DNA of 63,976 nucleotides, filler included, from Folioceros fuciformis (lineage: Eukaryota), in NCBI GenBank assembly GCA_049999805.1. It is 11 parts of 11 records of this genome, joined end to end, with 100 filler letters (N's around TTAATTAATTAA, not from the genome) between each part and the next. Parts side by side here need not be neighbours in the genome. Positions count along the whole stretch, not along the records: positions 22,297 to 23,664 come from JBNGIO010002170.1; positions 23,765 to 39,286 come from JBNGIO010002171.1; 9 more parts are not named here. One strand, given 5' to 3'. The notes below the pieces were generated by a model, which had not been told where the DNA came from, did no database searches, and saw only the letters and a list, made by a program, of their open reading frames with translations. This document shows, piece after piece, positions 23,147-37,396 of the stretch (position 1 is the first letter of the stretch; the number at the start of each line of letters is the position of its first letter). Both the position numbers and the translations under genes were made by a program.

Positions 23147-26100
23147 CCTCAAATACTCACATCCACACTCGTAACATTCTTGTTCAAGTTGCCTCAAATG
23201 AAGTCGAACATCCATCCTCAAGTCTTGACTTTACAAGCTTTTGTACTTTCGCTCTAACCAAAGACCTCTCCATCCTTGAAGCATGGCAGCACATGTCCCT
23301 CTTTGACCAAAACACAACATACCACCCTAACCAATACTTGCATGTTGGATCCATATATTTATTTGCTCAGACTCAACCTAAAGGTGCAATGTTCCAAGGA
23401 GCATTCTTTTGATAGTGACAAGTTTCGTGATGTGAATCCGACTACCCTTTGTATCACGTCATTGCAACCTTCCCATGTGTAATGAACTGTGTGTATGCAA
23501 ATTCGTAACACAAAAGTTTTGATTCAATTGTTTAGTTCACTACAAGCTCAATGATCAAATTGTGCTGCCAAGATGCACCGATTGTCTATTGTCTCTCAGC
23601 TCTCTAAGCGAACTATCAAAAGAATGCTTATTCATTCTTTTCAGACCCCTATATACTTGCAACCNNNNNNNNNNNNNNNNNNNNNNNNNNNNNNNNNNNN
23701 NNNNNNNNTTAATTAATTAANNNNNNNNNNNNNNNNNNNNNNNNNNNNNNNNNNNNNNNNNNNNATTACAGCTGTGCGTTAAGTGAGTAGTCCGCAAGTC
23801 ACGTGACAGAGAGTGTCTGTTACCAGGACCGACGGACACTTGTCGTAATTTTATGCTTTGCACTCTACAGCGCGGGGGCCGGAGTGCCGGTTTCCTGATG
23901 TTGGTGGGATGTTGCTTGTGGATCCGGGTCCACTGTCGCGTGCACGACAGCCGCAAGATACGCCACATCAGGGTGCCAACGACGACTGTTGATGCAGTCA
24001 TATGCAGGCAGGCAGCCATGGCAACTGCTTGCAAGTCGCTTGGACTTTCTCTCAACTCTTGGAGGATGGGAGAAGGCTCGTGATATCCGATTCCCGAATC
24101 CCACTTCTGCTCCAGCCTTGAGGCGGGTGTCCAGGATGACGGCTGCCGACCTGCTCGCAATGCCCAATGGGTGAGGTGACACACTTACGTCTGTGGTTTT
24201 CCACACAAGCATATGGAGCTCCGCAGCTGCTATTTCTCGTGATAACAGGTCTGTCGGCAGGTCCGGGTACGGGCGGCTCGGATTCAGCTGTCAATGCACT
24301 GGAATTTGACCTGCAGGAACTGGAGTGACTTCTGAAGTGCCTGATCCTGACGTTATTAATGCATCTGGAGCCCGAATGATCGTGAGCTGCAGACCACAGT
24401 GCACGGCACACAGATTGATGTAACGTGGGCCGTTCCGATGATGATGAGCGATTCACGGGGCAATTTACGGCTGCAAAATTCAGTTTCGGCATCGTCGTAA
24501 TGGGGCAGGGCAAGTCACGGGCTTTGAGCTGATCCTTGGTTCTTACTTTTTGGTGATTTTTATAGCCAAGAAATCGACCTCGACAGGCCAATGCATTCGC
24601 CCAGGATCCAGCGCCCGCGCCCGTTATTTAGGGGTCAAGGTTAAATAGGATTCATAACGACAGTTGTTTACGGGGACCCATGCTGGTGTCACACAAGCTG
24701 CTTTGGCTTTGTTGCGGGCGTGCGAGCGTATTCTTCAAACTTTCTATTAGATATCTTGTGAACTGACATCTAATTATTATGGTAGGATCATAACCTCATG
24801 CGCCTAATCAGTTGATGCAGCTTGATGGGATGTTAGAGAAATTAAAAACTAAAATTTGCCCTTTTAGTATATGTAAAGCGGTAATTAAGAATAAAGATTG
24901 ATCCTCATTACTTAATGTGTTATAGGACGCAGCCCATCAACCCATAGGTAGGCAGGACAGACACAAATATGTACCTTATATGAAAAAAGAAAATCTCTTT
25001 GTTTTGACATTCATCTTCTTACATCACCATGCACAATGGAGGAACCTGGAGATAGAATCATCTACAGTACATATATATGCTACAGTGTCGTAGACTGCAA
25101 CATTCTATCGTGCCAGTTCACAACCTTTTCAAGCCCTAATATACTAGTTTTGGATGCCATCTATCTTCAGTATAGAATTTCCATTTCGTTTCCAAGTTTG
25201 ACGGTGATTGGCTGATAGGAACATCTGATGGCCCATACGATTAGGCTCCAGATCCCTACCTGGGGACTAACCTGATTTTTTTTTTTGGGGGGGGTTGGAG
25301 AGAGCCGTACCACTTTCACACCGTTGTGATGCCCAACTGCTAAAATCTGCACGTGCCACCGGTATCCTCCTTGCTGGTCACAAACACCATCATATCAATG
25401 CAACCAAGAAGGCTTGTTCCACGAAAAGTTCAACAAGACTGCTGGACCTGGAAAAATACATGCATGTGCTCCGCAAGCCTCCGAAAGCTCAGAGACGACG
25501 AGGCTGTCGCATGAAAACTGGTCATTCAACCAGGTATGGCGTAAGAGCTTTACGAAGGGAGACCTCCTCTAGTCCATGCCAAGTAGGTCGAAGGGCTTGC
25601 CTGCCTGCAATGCATATGGTGGATGATTGCTGCCAAGATCTGTCCCACCACGGTTAGCCCGCAGAATTCTGGAGGAGGAGGAGGAGCAGGAGCAAAGCAT
25701 GACAGAGTCTGCCGAGGCAAAGTTGGTGCCCAGCTCTTCCAGTTACTCTGCTGAAGCCATCCGGACCGGAATCTGTGCTCCGAGCTGCTGTGCCCAATCT
25801 CATGAATGTTCAGCTCGAGGGTGTCACAGGCTGTGACAGTGAGAGCCCCTGCTTTGCAAGCTTATGACGCTAACATCACGCAGGATGATCCTGTAACAGG
25901 ATCCTGCAACTTACAGGTGCGTTACCCTCATCGCTCTGTAGTGTACGCGCACGTAGGCAAGCAAGCTACTTGGTTCCCAGCGGAAAGCACCTGGTTGTCG
26001 AGCAAGTTGCACGAGGCTGTTATCCAATATCCCGACAGCTTGAAGAACAGTATCGATGAGGAGGGCGGGGATGGGATGCCAGCTGCACTTCAATTCTTTC

Positions 26101-26803
26101 ATGTTGCCCTCTAAACCACAGTAGAGCTCCCTTGCTGCGAAACTGATGGGCTGAAAAGGCCAACCAGATTGTCTTCTTCTGCTAAGCACTTCAAGTGGAA
26201 GGTGAAGAGGGAGAAGATCGGTTAGTACTCACCTTCCACAACAAGTATCTTCCTCTCCGTTCACCGGGCAGGTGAGGCACGTTTTTCGCTCTCTGTACAG
26301 GGTGCCTTCTATGGGGTGACTTACCCCAAGATCATGAGTTATGGGCCACATCTGGTGCTTGTTTCATGGGACGATGCATCACACAAAAGACATGGGGCTG
26401 GGTTCCATGTGCCGTCTTTGATACCTGGTTCGCCGAGGCGCGAACAACTCACATCAGGAAACATCGTACGTCGGAGAAAGTGGCATCTATTTTTCACTAG
26501 TTATGTCGCACGACTTGCAGCAGTGACCACCCGACCGTAAGCCCGAGTAGGCGATTGCAGCTATGGAAACATTCTTGCGTCTAAACTTCCACTGGCGTCT
26601 CGGCGCTTTTCTGAATGCGTAGTAAATGGGCAATGGGCTCCCAAGATCCATGTCCCCTCGAAAAACGGAGGGATATTTACAACGTTTCAAGGCGGCCACT
26701 CTTTTTCTCCTCCTCTGGTGAAGATCGAACAGGTTTCACAGATGGACAAAATCCCCGACAAGACCCAGATCATGGGCCAAGCCATACAGAGCTTAACTGG
26801 AAT

Positions 26804-28047
26804 TTAAACGGACTCAAGGTCTAACAAGTGCTCCAACCGCTGCAGGGCCGAAGGAGCAAATTTCCGTGCGAACATGAAACACACTCGATCAGGAAGATCG
26901 TTCCAGGTACAGTCCTTCATGCTCTGCTTATCCAAAAGGAACTTGGGAGTTATATCACTCTCGTCGAAGGTGGCCGGGTGCCACCCACTTCTGCTCCAAT
27001 CCGTGAAGGTGATACTCCTGTTAGCTAGCTCGCCGCCATACTCGATGCTCAACAGCGTCGGGATGTAGTGCTCATCCACGTAGCACGCTGGTTTGCAAAA
27101 TTCGCTGAACTTGGCGTAGTACTTGGTGTCTGAAACTACAGCAACTGCGTGCTTCCGGTTCATCTCAAACCACTGGCTTCCTTTCCTCCACTGTTCGATC
27201 TTCACCTCTGGTGCCATAGCATCCACATACCTACCCCTTCCAAACTGCCCTGGGTCGTCAAATACTGACGTAAAGCTGAACTTTGATGCTGTCAAGTAGT
27301 TGTAGACAATGCTGAAGCTGAAGAGGGGAATGCAGGACTCCGACAGCAGCACAAATCTCTCGTTAGAGAAGTCTAGCAAGGCGTTGGCCAGAAGTCTCCT
27401 CTCAGCATCACATATTGTTATCTCACCCCAACCTGTGGGCTGCCGAAAACATACCACAGAGCACGTTAATTCAAAAGCCGCATGTCTTCATGCCAACTTC
27501 ATGACATAACCAACCACAAACATGCCATCCAGCTCACCTGACTGGGGATGTAACGACCATAGAAGATGGAGGATCTTTCATGAACTGGAACATAGTCCGG
27601 TGAAGCATGCACATAAATAGAGTAGAGACCCTCCTTTCCGCTGAAAAACTTCTCCCACAGTGGCGCAAAATGGATCTTGCTCTTCACCAGAAACAAGAAC
27701 GCCACCTTACGTGGGAACTGCAACTCAGGATTTGATCTTCGTGGCTCCATGGAAGCCATCCAAAACAGCGTCTCATCAGTGTAATTGTGAATCAGAGAGT
27801 GAGTGCCCCGACCAAAAACCGCCCTCATGCGCTGAAAATCGAGCACGTTAGTGACGAGTTCACAAGGACTGCCACGGAACAGCATTCCACCTTGAACTCC
27901 AAAATACCGCGGCACAAATCCCATCACGACCAGCAGGGTGACGGCTGCTCCTATGATGAGACACACAAACACAAATTTGAGCTGTCCTGGCCGCTTCTTC
28001 GGGGCCGGAACAGTTCCTCTGCCTCCCTCAACATCCGAAACCTGCAT
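26804..28047 (-). CDS. Core-2/I-branching (GT14-like, DUF266/BC10-like) glycosyltransferase, 2 exons
   Basis: N-terminal TM, KVAFLFL, LYSIYVH, DAERRLLANALLDFSNERFVLLSESCIPL, WRKGSQWFE, CYVDEHYIPT, FARKFAPSAL. Confidence 0.93.
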
Positions 28048-28794
28048 TTTTCCAGTGTCACGTGCTCTCAGCAGGAGAGCCTATTCCTCCTCTCACAGCC
28101 TTACATCTCACCACAAAAAAACCACCTTGCGCATGCTATATACACCTACATCCTCCCCCGCTGAGCCCCAAGTTCTCACTCCGCAAGCCCACTCCAATTT
28201 TCACAAGATAACGCACACTCGATACAGTGCCCCAACAACACCTTCGTCTCATAGCACAGCCCTGGCAGATCAAAGTGCAGGCCCTCGGTTTCCGCACAGA
28301 TTCCTACCACAAACCGCAGCAAGCCCCGGTCACCACAATTCCGTCTCCCAACCCCAGGCCCAGCAAACTGCCCCAGCAGCACCAACTCCTCCTCGTTGTG
28401 CACCCTCCGCACGCTGTGCTAGCTACCACACCGCACTCTCTTCCGTGCCTGCCTGCCACATGCCCCGATCGCATCCAAGTCCGATGCCACTGGGAAATTC
28501 ACACAGCTGCAGGGGGCTGGATTGCGGGTGGTTGGGCCACAATCTAGGCAAAGTCGAGGCCCCGCTCGCTCCGCAACGCGGTCCGAACAAAGCAAGTTTA
28601 GACCTGGGCAAATTTAGAGTACTCCCAAGCAAGGCTTCAGAAACGGAACGGCGTGGCCTGCGTTAGGGTTGCTTCACAGGGCCCGTCATGCGAACGGGAC
28701 ATCTGATGGCCTACCCCGTTCCCACCTGCTCTCTGCTGCAGGAAGGAAACCGCCATGGGAACACGAACTCTACCCGGAGGACTGTGCCGTAGCG

Positions 28795-30019
28795 ATGGCC
28801 GCCCTGCAGCTCTGCACTAGCCTGCCTCGCGTGACGCCGGCATCCACGCGCCTGCTTGATGGAAGCAGGCGTGGAAGGACGCGTCGCAGGGCCGTGGTGC
28901 ACCTGGCGTCCGCATCGGCGCTGGAATCCTCCTTCACCAGATTGGAAGTAGAGTCTCCTAGCAGGAGATTGGCGCTGTGCCTGGTCCTGCTCTCTGCCTT
29001 TGTTACCGACCAGCCCGCCCAGGCTCGGCCCAGACGGGACAGGAGAGTCATCCCTCTGGATGACTACCAGACTTCAGGTCATTTGCCGCGGGACGCATGC
29101 CGGGGGGCGCGCTGATTCTGTACACGGCCTTCCTTTTAACAGCAGCTTTGGATGCAGCAGGTGACGGCCTCAAGTTCTATGACGTGCTGCAAGGCAAAGG
29201 ACCTCCTGCTGACATTGGCAAGACGGTCGTGGTTTGTGCTCTTTTTCGAGCAGCTTGGACACATTGAAACGAAGCTGCGTGGGATCTGGTTTTCTCGTAC
29301 AATGCCTCCGCTTCTGCTGCATTTAATGGTGTGTGCGTGTTGTAGGTACATTTTGATGTCATTTTTGGGAGCATTAATGTGGTATCAAGTCGCCAGTCCA
29401 AGCTCCTTGGCGGGAATCGCATAATCGCTGAGGTGGATATGAGCCTCCTTCCTGTCTGCCCATTCGGTACGGTGCAGGGAGCTGGAAGGTTGGGAACTTC
29501 AAGTACGTTATCTTCTGTGCCGTTTGTGTAGCCATACGAGCTCATTGTCGGTTCAACTCCGGGGAGGGAACGCAAGCCAGAGTTTGTGGAGAATGCAAAT
29601 GGACTTTATTCAGCTCAAGCGTCGCCCAAACCCCCCCCGGCCTTGTACTCCATAGTCGCTGGCATGCGTGTTGGTGGAAAGGTAACCAGGAGGGTCTCTG
29701 CGCGTCAATCGCCTGGAGTTACTTAAGGAGTTGCTGCTTGGGAAGCTTACGGGATGTACCACGTAGATGACGTGGTTCCCTTGCTTTTACTTTGAACCTT
29801 CCCTGGTGTCTCTGCAGCGAATTGTCATCGTACCTCCGGAAGCAGGATACGGGAAGAGGGGCCTCAATGAAATCCCTGTAAGTCGTATAGAACTTGACTC
29901 TCGTTGCCCCAACGTACCCCTCTAGACTGTGTGAGATTCACAGAGTTCTGATGCTTTTGTTTTCTCCTCAGCCAGATGCAACTTTCGAGCTAGATGTTGA
30001 GCTTCTTGAAGTCAAGTGA
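28795..30019 (+). CDS. FKBP18: Chloroplast FKBP-type peptidyl-prolyl isomerase, FKBP18-like, about 6 exons
   Basis: Transit peptide with RR and AQA, IPLDDYQT, GLKFYD, SKLLGGNRIIAEPYE, NANGLYSAQASPKPPPALY, GMRVGGKR, ATFELDVELL; TGA at 30017-30019. Confidence 0.88.
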
Positions 30020-30759
30020 GCGTTCAGAAGAGGCGACAACACTAAAGGTCGGGCTCAACAACTCGTATCATAGTCACGTCATACTGCCAGCAGATGTAAG
30101 TCGTCTGACGAATTTAATTGAAATTCATCCGCAAACTAACATCCAGAGCCTCTGTTTACGGAGACGTATTTTTACCCAGAAACTGTCGCTCGTCCCATCT
30201 ATAAGTTTGATGTAGTTGGGTGCCAGCCCTAATTATTGGAACGAATGCCTTTCAATATTCTCTGATCAATATAATGTAGCTCCGTGGTTCCTGCTCCTGC
30301 TGCGGTGCACCTTGCCCCTGATAGGCGGTGACTGTGAGGGCTGTCCACTCCGTTATCCGCTGGCAACACGGCTTAACTTGGCAAGTTGGTTTCTGCACCG
30401 ATCGTCGCAGGCCCTCTCATTGCCCCCGGTTATCATGTCGTCTCCTGAATGTCAAGGAATGCGGCGTCCCCTTGGCTGCTACTGATGGAATTGCGGCCAG
30501 CTTGTGATCACGCGTTTGAGAGGTCCGCTCTGGGCAGGATCGCGAGAAGCACGCATTCCCTACTTACAGGTGCAGGTTTGCGGTGGGTTGCTGGTCATGC
30601 TATGATTCCAGCGCCAGAGAAGTGAAGGGAGAGGGGTTGCTCGGAGACGGGTAGGGGTAGGGGTAGGGGAATCAAGTAGGATATCGCAGGTGTTTTGAGT
30701 TGCCGAGGAGGAGGCGGAGAAGGTGCTGGCTCCAGCTTGGGTATGCGAGCCTGGTAGAT

Positions 30760-33416
30760 ATGACGGCGTCTCCTCAGATTGTTGGCGGGATGAACGTCCC
30801 AAGGCTGCGGCCGTTGTGCAAGGGCATAACTTTCGGGATCCCGATCGGTTTGTTCTACGGGCTGAGCATGTGGTTTGTTGTGACACAGCTCCCGATCGGT
30901 TTGTTCGACGCCTATCGTTCGCCGAGGCACGACTACAGTGAGTTCCTGTACTGAGATTGCAGATTGCTGTCAGTCCCTGATGCTTGCTTGCTTGCTCTTC
31001 AGGTTGCTTGGAAGTGGCATCCCTCAGGAGATGCTGGTAGGGATCGTGGTTGGTGGAATGTTGTCATTGATCATCTCTTGGCCGCTAGCAGGTTTTGCAA
31101 ACACCTCCTGGACGACGCTGGATGGGGATCCCCTACCTCACGAGATGGAACCCGTGAACTGGTTGCTTGCCCTGTGGGAGAGTTCTGCGTATCTGAACTA
31201 CCCGAGGGACCCCGGTGACCCGTACTTGCAACAGGCGGAGCGGAATTTGGCGAACGTGAGCCTCGTGCCTCCTCACCTGGAGGATTGCCCCGCCAAGGTG
31301 AAGGAGTCAACGAGGCTGGACTCTCGTAGCCCGGATGGCAGCCGCCCCGCTTGGTCCTTGTGGATGGGAGGCATTGCGGGGCTGGACCGCGCTTTTAAGG
31401 CTGTGGAGGTGGAGCTCTCAGAGGAGCTGATAGGCGACCAACAAGGATTAGTGTATGGTCCTTATCCTCCTTGGGTAAATCCGAGTCAGACTCGCCTTCT
31501 TCATGGCAGCAGCTGACCAAGTCTGTAGTCTGACCGTGTTCACTCATGATGAGAGGGATGAATTGTGTGCTGTCTGACCTTGTTCACCGATTGGATAGGA
31601 GAGATGAACCATTTGTTGTGTGACAAGGTTCACAGATGTAATAACAGGAATGATCTGTGACTGTGGCCAGGTGGAGGGAGCGGACGAAGACAATCTACCC
31701 ATGACAAGGAGGGCTCAGCGGGACATATGGCTGATGCAGCACCCCCGCGACTGCAACGATCCCAGCATCAAATTCCTTGCGCCGCACTGGTCCGCCTACG
31801 AGCACTATGGCTTGGGCGCCCAAATCCACCACATGACGGGCATGTTCTCCATAGCGGTGAAAGAAAAGCGCGTGTTTGTGATGCAGGACTTCAACCGAGC
31901 CGGCCACCCCGCCTGCGAAGGTGAGTCCTTCCTTGCCTTTAGCAGCTACGGCCTGCTCCTGGAGATTCCCAATTTTTCTGTAGGATTCACTGTAATGTGC
32001 TTGCAGGCCGGAAGCACAGGAGATGGTCCTGCTATTTCCTGCCAGAGACCACGCTTGAGTGCCGGCTCCGAGCAGAGCAGTTGCTCAGCGACCCGCGGGC
32101 GGTAGCAGACGGCATGGTGTGGCTGGAGGAGCATATTCCCTCCTCTTATAATGTGTGGATGGGACCGGCTCCGGAGTAAGTTCATCTCTTCACAGCTGAT
32201 GGTTTCGAACCCCAAAGCAACAATATTTTCCATTGTTCGTGCAAAAGGGTTTTGAGGGCCCTTAGCTTGATGTGAGGCAGGGTTTTGTAACGGACGATGC
32301 CGGGCTGGATACACTTGCAGGTTGTGGGGCAAGCCTTGGGACCACATGCAGCCGACGCTGGAAGTCGAGGGCCGGCTCTACACTAAAATTCATCAATTCA
32401 GAGACGTGCGATGGTGGCGATCTCAAGTACTGTCATCTCTTTTCCTTCTGCAGACGAGGACGGTGTGGAGTGCGATCAACATGTTTTTTCATGAAAAGAT
32501 TGATGACAGATAGAGAGACAGTAACTCCGTGTCTCGTGCAGGCCCTTCGTTATCTCATGAGGTTTGAAACAGAGTACACATGCATGCTGATGAACAGAGC
32601 TAGGCACGCGGCCTTCGGAGTTAAAGCAGCCACCAATGTCCTCCGTGCTGCTAACCAGGTCGGTGACTTGAAAGGGTCGCTTTCCTCCAGTCTCTGGCAA
32701 GCCTTGCTGTAGATGCACGACACACGGTGACAGCAAAGTCAGTGCGTGAGTGTATCGAAACTGCATCCAGCAGGGACTGATGTGAGACGGTTTATGTCCT
32801 GGCCGATCAGACTTGGCGTGGGACTATGGAGCAAGAGAAGGACATGGAAAAGTGGGTGTGGAGGGGCCAGAAGCCTTGGGTTCCCAGGCCTCTGGTCAAC
32901 ATCCATGTCCGCATCGGAGATAAGGGCTCGGAGATGAAGCTTGTAGACTTCGAAGGCTACATGACTTTGGCCAACCGGCTGAGAAGAAGATTCCCACACG
33001 TTCGAGACGTTTGGTTGTCTACAGAAATGCAGGTAAACAGCCTCTGGCTGACCTGGCCTCGCCCCTTCCTTCCCCTAGCTCCAGCTCCAGCCCATGCACT
33101 CAGTTGCCACCACTAACAAATGAATGGCGAAGTGCAGGAGGTGGTGGACGCGTCCAAGAACTACTCAGGCTGGAACTTTTACTACAGCAACGTGACCCGG
33201 CAGACGGGAAATACTACTATGGCGTCGTACCTACAGAGCCTAGGCACGGAACGGGCCTCCACCAATTCCTTCGTCAATTTCCTTATGGCCAGCGACTCCG
33301 ATTACTTCATTGGGGCCTTGGGTTCCACTTGGTGTTACCTAATCGACGCCATGCGGGCCACTGGGGGTAAGATGATGGCCGGCTATCTCAGTGTGAACGT
33401 GGACAGATTTTGGTAG
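30760..33416 (+). CDS. Plant alpha-(1,6)-fucosyltransferase-like (GT23-related) membrane protein, multi-exon; start uncertain
   Basis: YGPYPPWV, PMTRRAQRDIWLMQHPRDC, GLGAQIHHM, WSCYFLPET, RWWRSQALRYLMRF, IHVRIGDK, VWLSTEMQ, DYFIGALGSTWCYLIDAMRATGGK. Confidence 0.85.
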
Positions 33417-33957
33417 CGGAAGTGGCTCCGCTTTCCACCTTCCCACCCGAACCCCACGGTGAAAGAGCCGATCATTTTTTTTCCCGCTTTCGGTCTGGTC
33501 ACATGTCAATCTGGGGAGTGGAGTGTCTCCCTACCTCCCGGGCGATGTGTACAACGGCAGGGAAACCGATTCTGAGAGAATTTAGTGTCAGTCGAAGTGG
33601 CCTTCTCTATTTGATTGTTGAGCATGTAAAGGACGCACCAGCCCATCATTTAACACGTTAGAAACGCTCCTGTCCATCATTCCTTTGAAATTCTAGACGG
33701 TTGTCACACCTTTTACCTGGCCAGCTTAGGTTCCCACTTCCATATCTGCACTTGCTACTGGACATAATGTCTGGCCAGAACTCAAAGTCGTATCCGTTGC
33801 TGTGGACCTCACCAACTGCTGTACCTATTCCTAACCATACGCGATGCTTCTTTATATGCATACGTAGTTGATGCACATAATTCTCACCCTCTTTCTTCCT
33901 TCACGAGACCACCTCTTCCTGTCATGTCATGCTGTGTGCAGTAGGAAGGCTGTGAAT

Positions 33958-35285
33958 CTACGTACGTGAGTCATCCACTTCTTTCGGCTGCAACTGGGAT
34001 AACAAAGACTCCTTCTGAGCTTGAGGCAGAGCGTTAAAAATGAAGACTGACTTGTCTCCGATATCGTCCTGCGGCAGCCAAGTCACGAAACCTAGGATAC
34101 AGATCAGTCTCGTTCATCATTCATGCAAGAGGCGGGAACGCGTTGAGTTGCAGACCTTGATGGGTTGAGTGAACTTGCGGCCAGCGAAGACGACGAAGAG
34201 GGCTGTCCACGCAGCCAAAAACCCAAGCTCCAAGTTCGTGTCCATAGCACCAGACTGCCAGGTGGTGACATGATTAGGCATCTCTCAGTAACAGAACAAG
34301 TCTAGATATCCTAATATGTTCTTCATCGTTACAAGGTGACAAAAAGATTGCCTACCACGGTGGAAGGAGAATTACCAGATGGCCGAGCAGCAGAGTGGGT
34401 ATCACGAAGAAGAGGGCTGCCGCTTCTAGTTTGCCATAGCAAAGGCCTGAAAGAGACAAGATCCTTGACATGGTTTCAGGCAAGGCCAATGCCTTATTTT
34501 CGGACCCAGGCAAGGCCGGGTGCAGGGAAAGCTTGAGCTAGATGTGCACTCACCTTCCTTGAAGACAAGACCCGTTAGAGAAGCAAAGAGAGGCCCGACT
34601 CCCCACACCGCTGCTGGGTGATCAAGCACAAATGCCACCAGCCCTTCTCCTGCTGGTGCTGCAAAATTGACCGCCAATCCTAAGGAGCCAACGGCTCCAG
34701 CCAGCCATAGTAGTTGAAGAGTTCGCTTGATGGGGGTGACATAGATGTGTATCAAGGCCAGGGAAAGGCCTAATCCTCCGGCCCCCACAGCGTACAGGAT
34801 GTCATACGATCCCTTCAGGGCAACGGCGACAGGACTGTCTTGTGGCAACACAGCAGTGGATGCCGCGGTCACGAACGACGCCGCACTTGCTACCAGCCCA
34901 GCTCTGTATAGGACCACCTGCCCAGCGAAGAAACCGACAGCACCAAACCCAAACCACCGTTTCAGTCGACATGCCCGAAGCAAATTTCCTGTCTCCAAAT
35001 CGAGATTATGTGTGGGCGTACCTCTCGCACATCAGCTGGCTCCACCTTCCATGGACCATAGATTCCCTGGTATACTACCTCGCTTTGAGCTGCGCTCTCA
35101 TTGAGGGCTCTGCAGAGAGCCTTCCTCCTGACCCCCGTGCTCTGAGTCAAACCTGGAAGTACCAACCTGCGGCTGACTGTTAGCTCACTCCATCGAGCTG
35201 ACGAAGTGGAGAAGGACCCGGCCCTGGCCAGGCAGGGTAAGCAGCCAGCGGACGTGGAAGCAACCAGATGTGCCGTGGCTACCAT
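33958..35285 (-). CDS. DUF2301 integral membrane protein with plastid transit peptide, about 5 exons
   Basis: VYQGIYGPWKVEPADVREVVLYRAGL, LIHIYVTPIKRTLQ, GPLFASLTGLVFKEGLCYGKLE, RKFTQPIKDDIGDKSVF. Confidence 0.88.
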
Positions 35286-35639
35286 GCTTGACGCAAAGAG
35301 CTGCTGGGATACTGGGCTCAAAAATATCTCCAAGTGATCTGCTCTTGCATTTCGGAAATGCCATAAGCGTTATGTTTACTGTTGGATAACGGCTTGAGTG
35401 TTGTTCGTGCTTACGTTCAGCTTTGCCAGAGCACGTCACACGCGATTCGGTGTTGGCCGTAGATGGAGTGACCATGAGTAATGAGAAGGAGAAGCGTTAG
35501 CAGCCCGGCTGCAGATATAGATACATGGTGGTGCTCATTCCAATTGCAACCAGGACCCAAAAAGGTTTGTCTCGATTCCAAGGACGACACAAAGTTTACA
35601 GGTGATGAAAAGCACTGCACTGCACTGCCTCCTAACTGG

Positions 35640-36198
35640 TTACGACAAGGTGTGGACCGAGAACTTCATCAGACCAGCATTGCAGTGGCTGAAGTCTCTG
35701 CCCTTGGAGCATCCGAACAGGTAGGTTGTGTCGCTCTTGGCGAGAGTGAAGACGAATCCCGGGGCCCCATTACTTTCGTCTGCAAGGAGCGTGGCTTCCG
35801 TGAAGTTGCACGTGGAGTAGTGTCTTGCGTCCTTGAACAGCAGCACATTGTGAACTGGAGCGTAGTTGAATTCTGCACCAATTTCCCAGCCCCTCCACAT
35901 TCTTTAAGACAAGCCGTGCTTGTTTTCAACTTCAACTCAGACTGGAGAATCGGACTTCAACGTTCGGACACTCAGTTGAGATTGTGCACATACCAAAGGT
36001 GTCGTTGGCGACGAAGGGGCTCAAGCCTTGAGCCCACGAGGGGTAGTCGAACCCGAACGTCCATTGCACCTCACCTCCCACCAGAAAGTTGTTGGGAGTC
36101 CTCAGTGGCAGTGATTTTGCTGCCTTTCCTCCCAGAACGGCAAGCGCGAAGCTCTGCACCAGGAACAGAAGCCAGACAGGTAAAGAGCCTGAAGCCAT
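35640..36198 (-). CDS. Secreted phytocyanin / plastocyanin-like cupredoxin, 2 exons
   Basis: Signal peptide, FLVGGEVQWTFG, ANDTF, HNV...C...GC...HCNAGLMKF. Confidence 0.85.
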
Positions 36199-37396
36199 TT
36201 TTCTGTTCCCAGATTGGATCTCGAGCAATTGGACTGAACGTGGGACACCAGTAGTTCTAGTCTAGCACTGAAGTGGGAACCAGACAGTTGGTGAGCTGCA
36301 AGAGAATACTTAATTGCCTGTCATATCCGATTCAGGAGCTTGCAATTCCACTTCCCATGAGATGCATCAGGCAGACGAACGGAATAGCAGAAAAAGACAA
36401 GGAAAGATAAGACACTGGGAAGCCTGCAAAGTGTCAGTGAGCAGGTAGCAGTGCTCAGTCTCATCATCGAGCTCCATTGACAGTGCCTGCGGCCAACAAT
36501 GCATCCAAAATGTGCAGTGTGTCAGATGATACACATGCCATACTGGCGCTGGATGGACCAACAGGATTCATGATGCTTTACGGTGAACAGGATTCACGAT
36601 TCGTCATCGAAGATCTCACTGAAAAGGTGACATGGTTACTCTTCCGATGTGGACTCGTAACGCGTAAAGGGGATTCCCAAGAATGTTACGTTTGACTTAG
36701 AAACCGCAACGATTGACACTACAACATTATGTTTCTAGGTAGTCACAAATTTGTGAGCTAGACCATGGGTGACCAAGGTTTATGAGTGGCGCTTCACTAA
36801 GTTAACCTAACCATGGGATCCCATTTAGATTTGTGGCTTGGAGATTGAGGATTAGCTTCAACAATCTCCAGCGTCAGCTTTCCCCAAGTCCAAGGCACGA
36901 CTGCGGTGCTGGGGTATGGGGATGCACAGACCACAAAAAAGCATGTCCGCAGCAGCAACCATGCCTCACACGCCATCCTTTCGTTGCATATGAAGCAAGA
37001 GAGTTTTTTGGCGTAGATCTGGACGCATGGATAACAGCTAATTTTACACCCTGGTGTGCGCCAAACTGGACTTTGCCATTAAATAAATCGTGCCATTCTA
37101 GTCAATGAGTATCTGTAAGGATATGATGCTTTGTCTAAGTGAGTAAAGGAGATTAAGAAATTGGTGTTTGTTAGGCTCATGTACAGTGTTTTATCAAACC
37201 CCTAGTCTTATGGGAACAATTTTGCCCTATACTAAGACAAACTATAATTTCTCTTGGTTGTGAATTTGTGACTCATATTTTTATTTGCTGATATATATGT
37301 CATATTAGTGCTCATCAAACGAAATGAATTTGTGGTTCCTTTTTGAAGACCACACTAAAAGTTGGCAGGGTCTTTCCTCTCCCAACATGGATTCGT

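Noticed and set aside
24090..24114. cgaatcccacttctg resembling a tRNA 3' end
   Set aside because: No matching 5' half or cloverleaf is visible.
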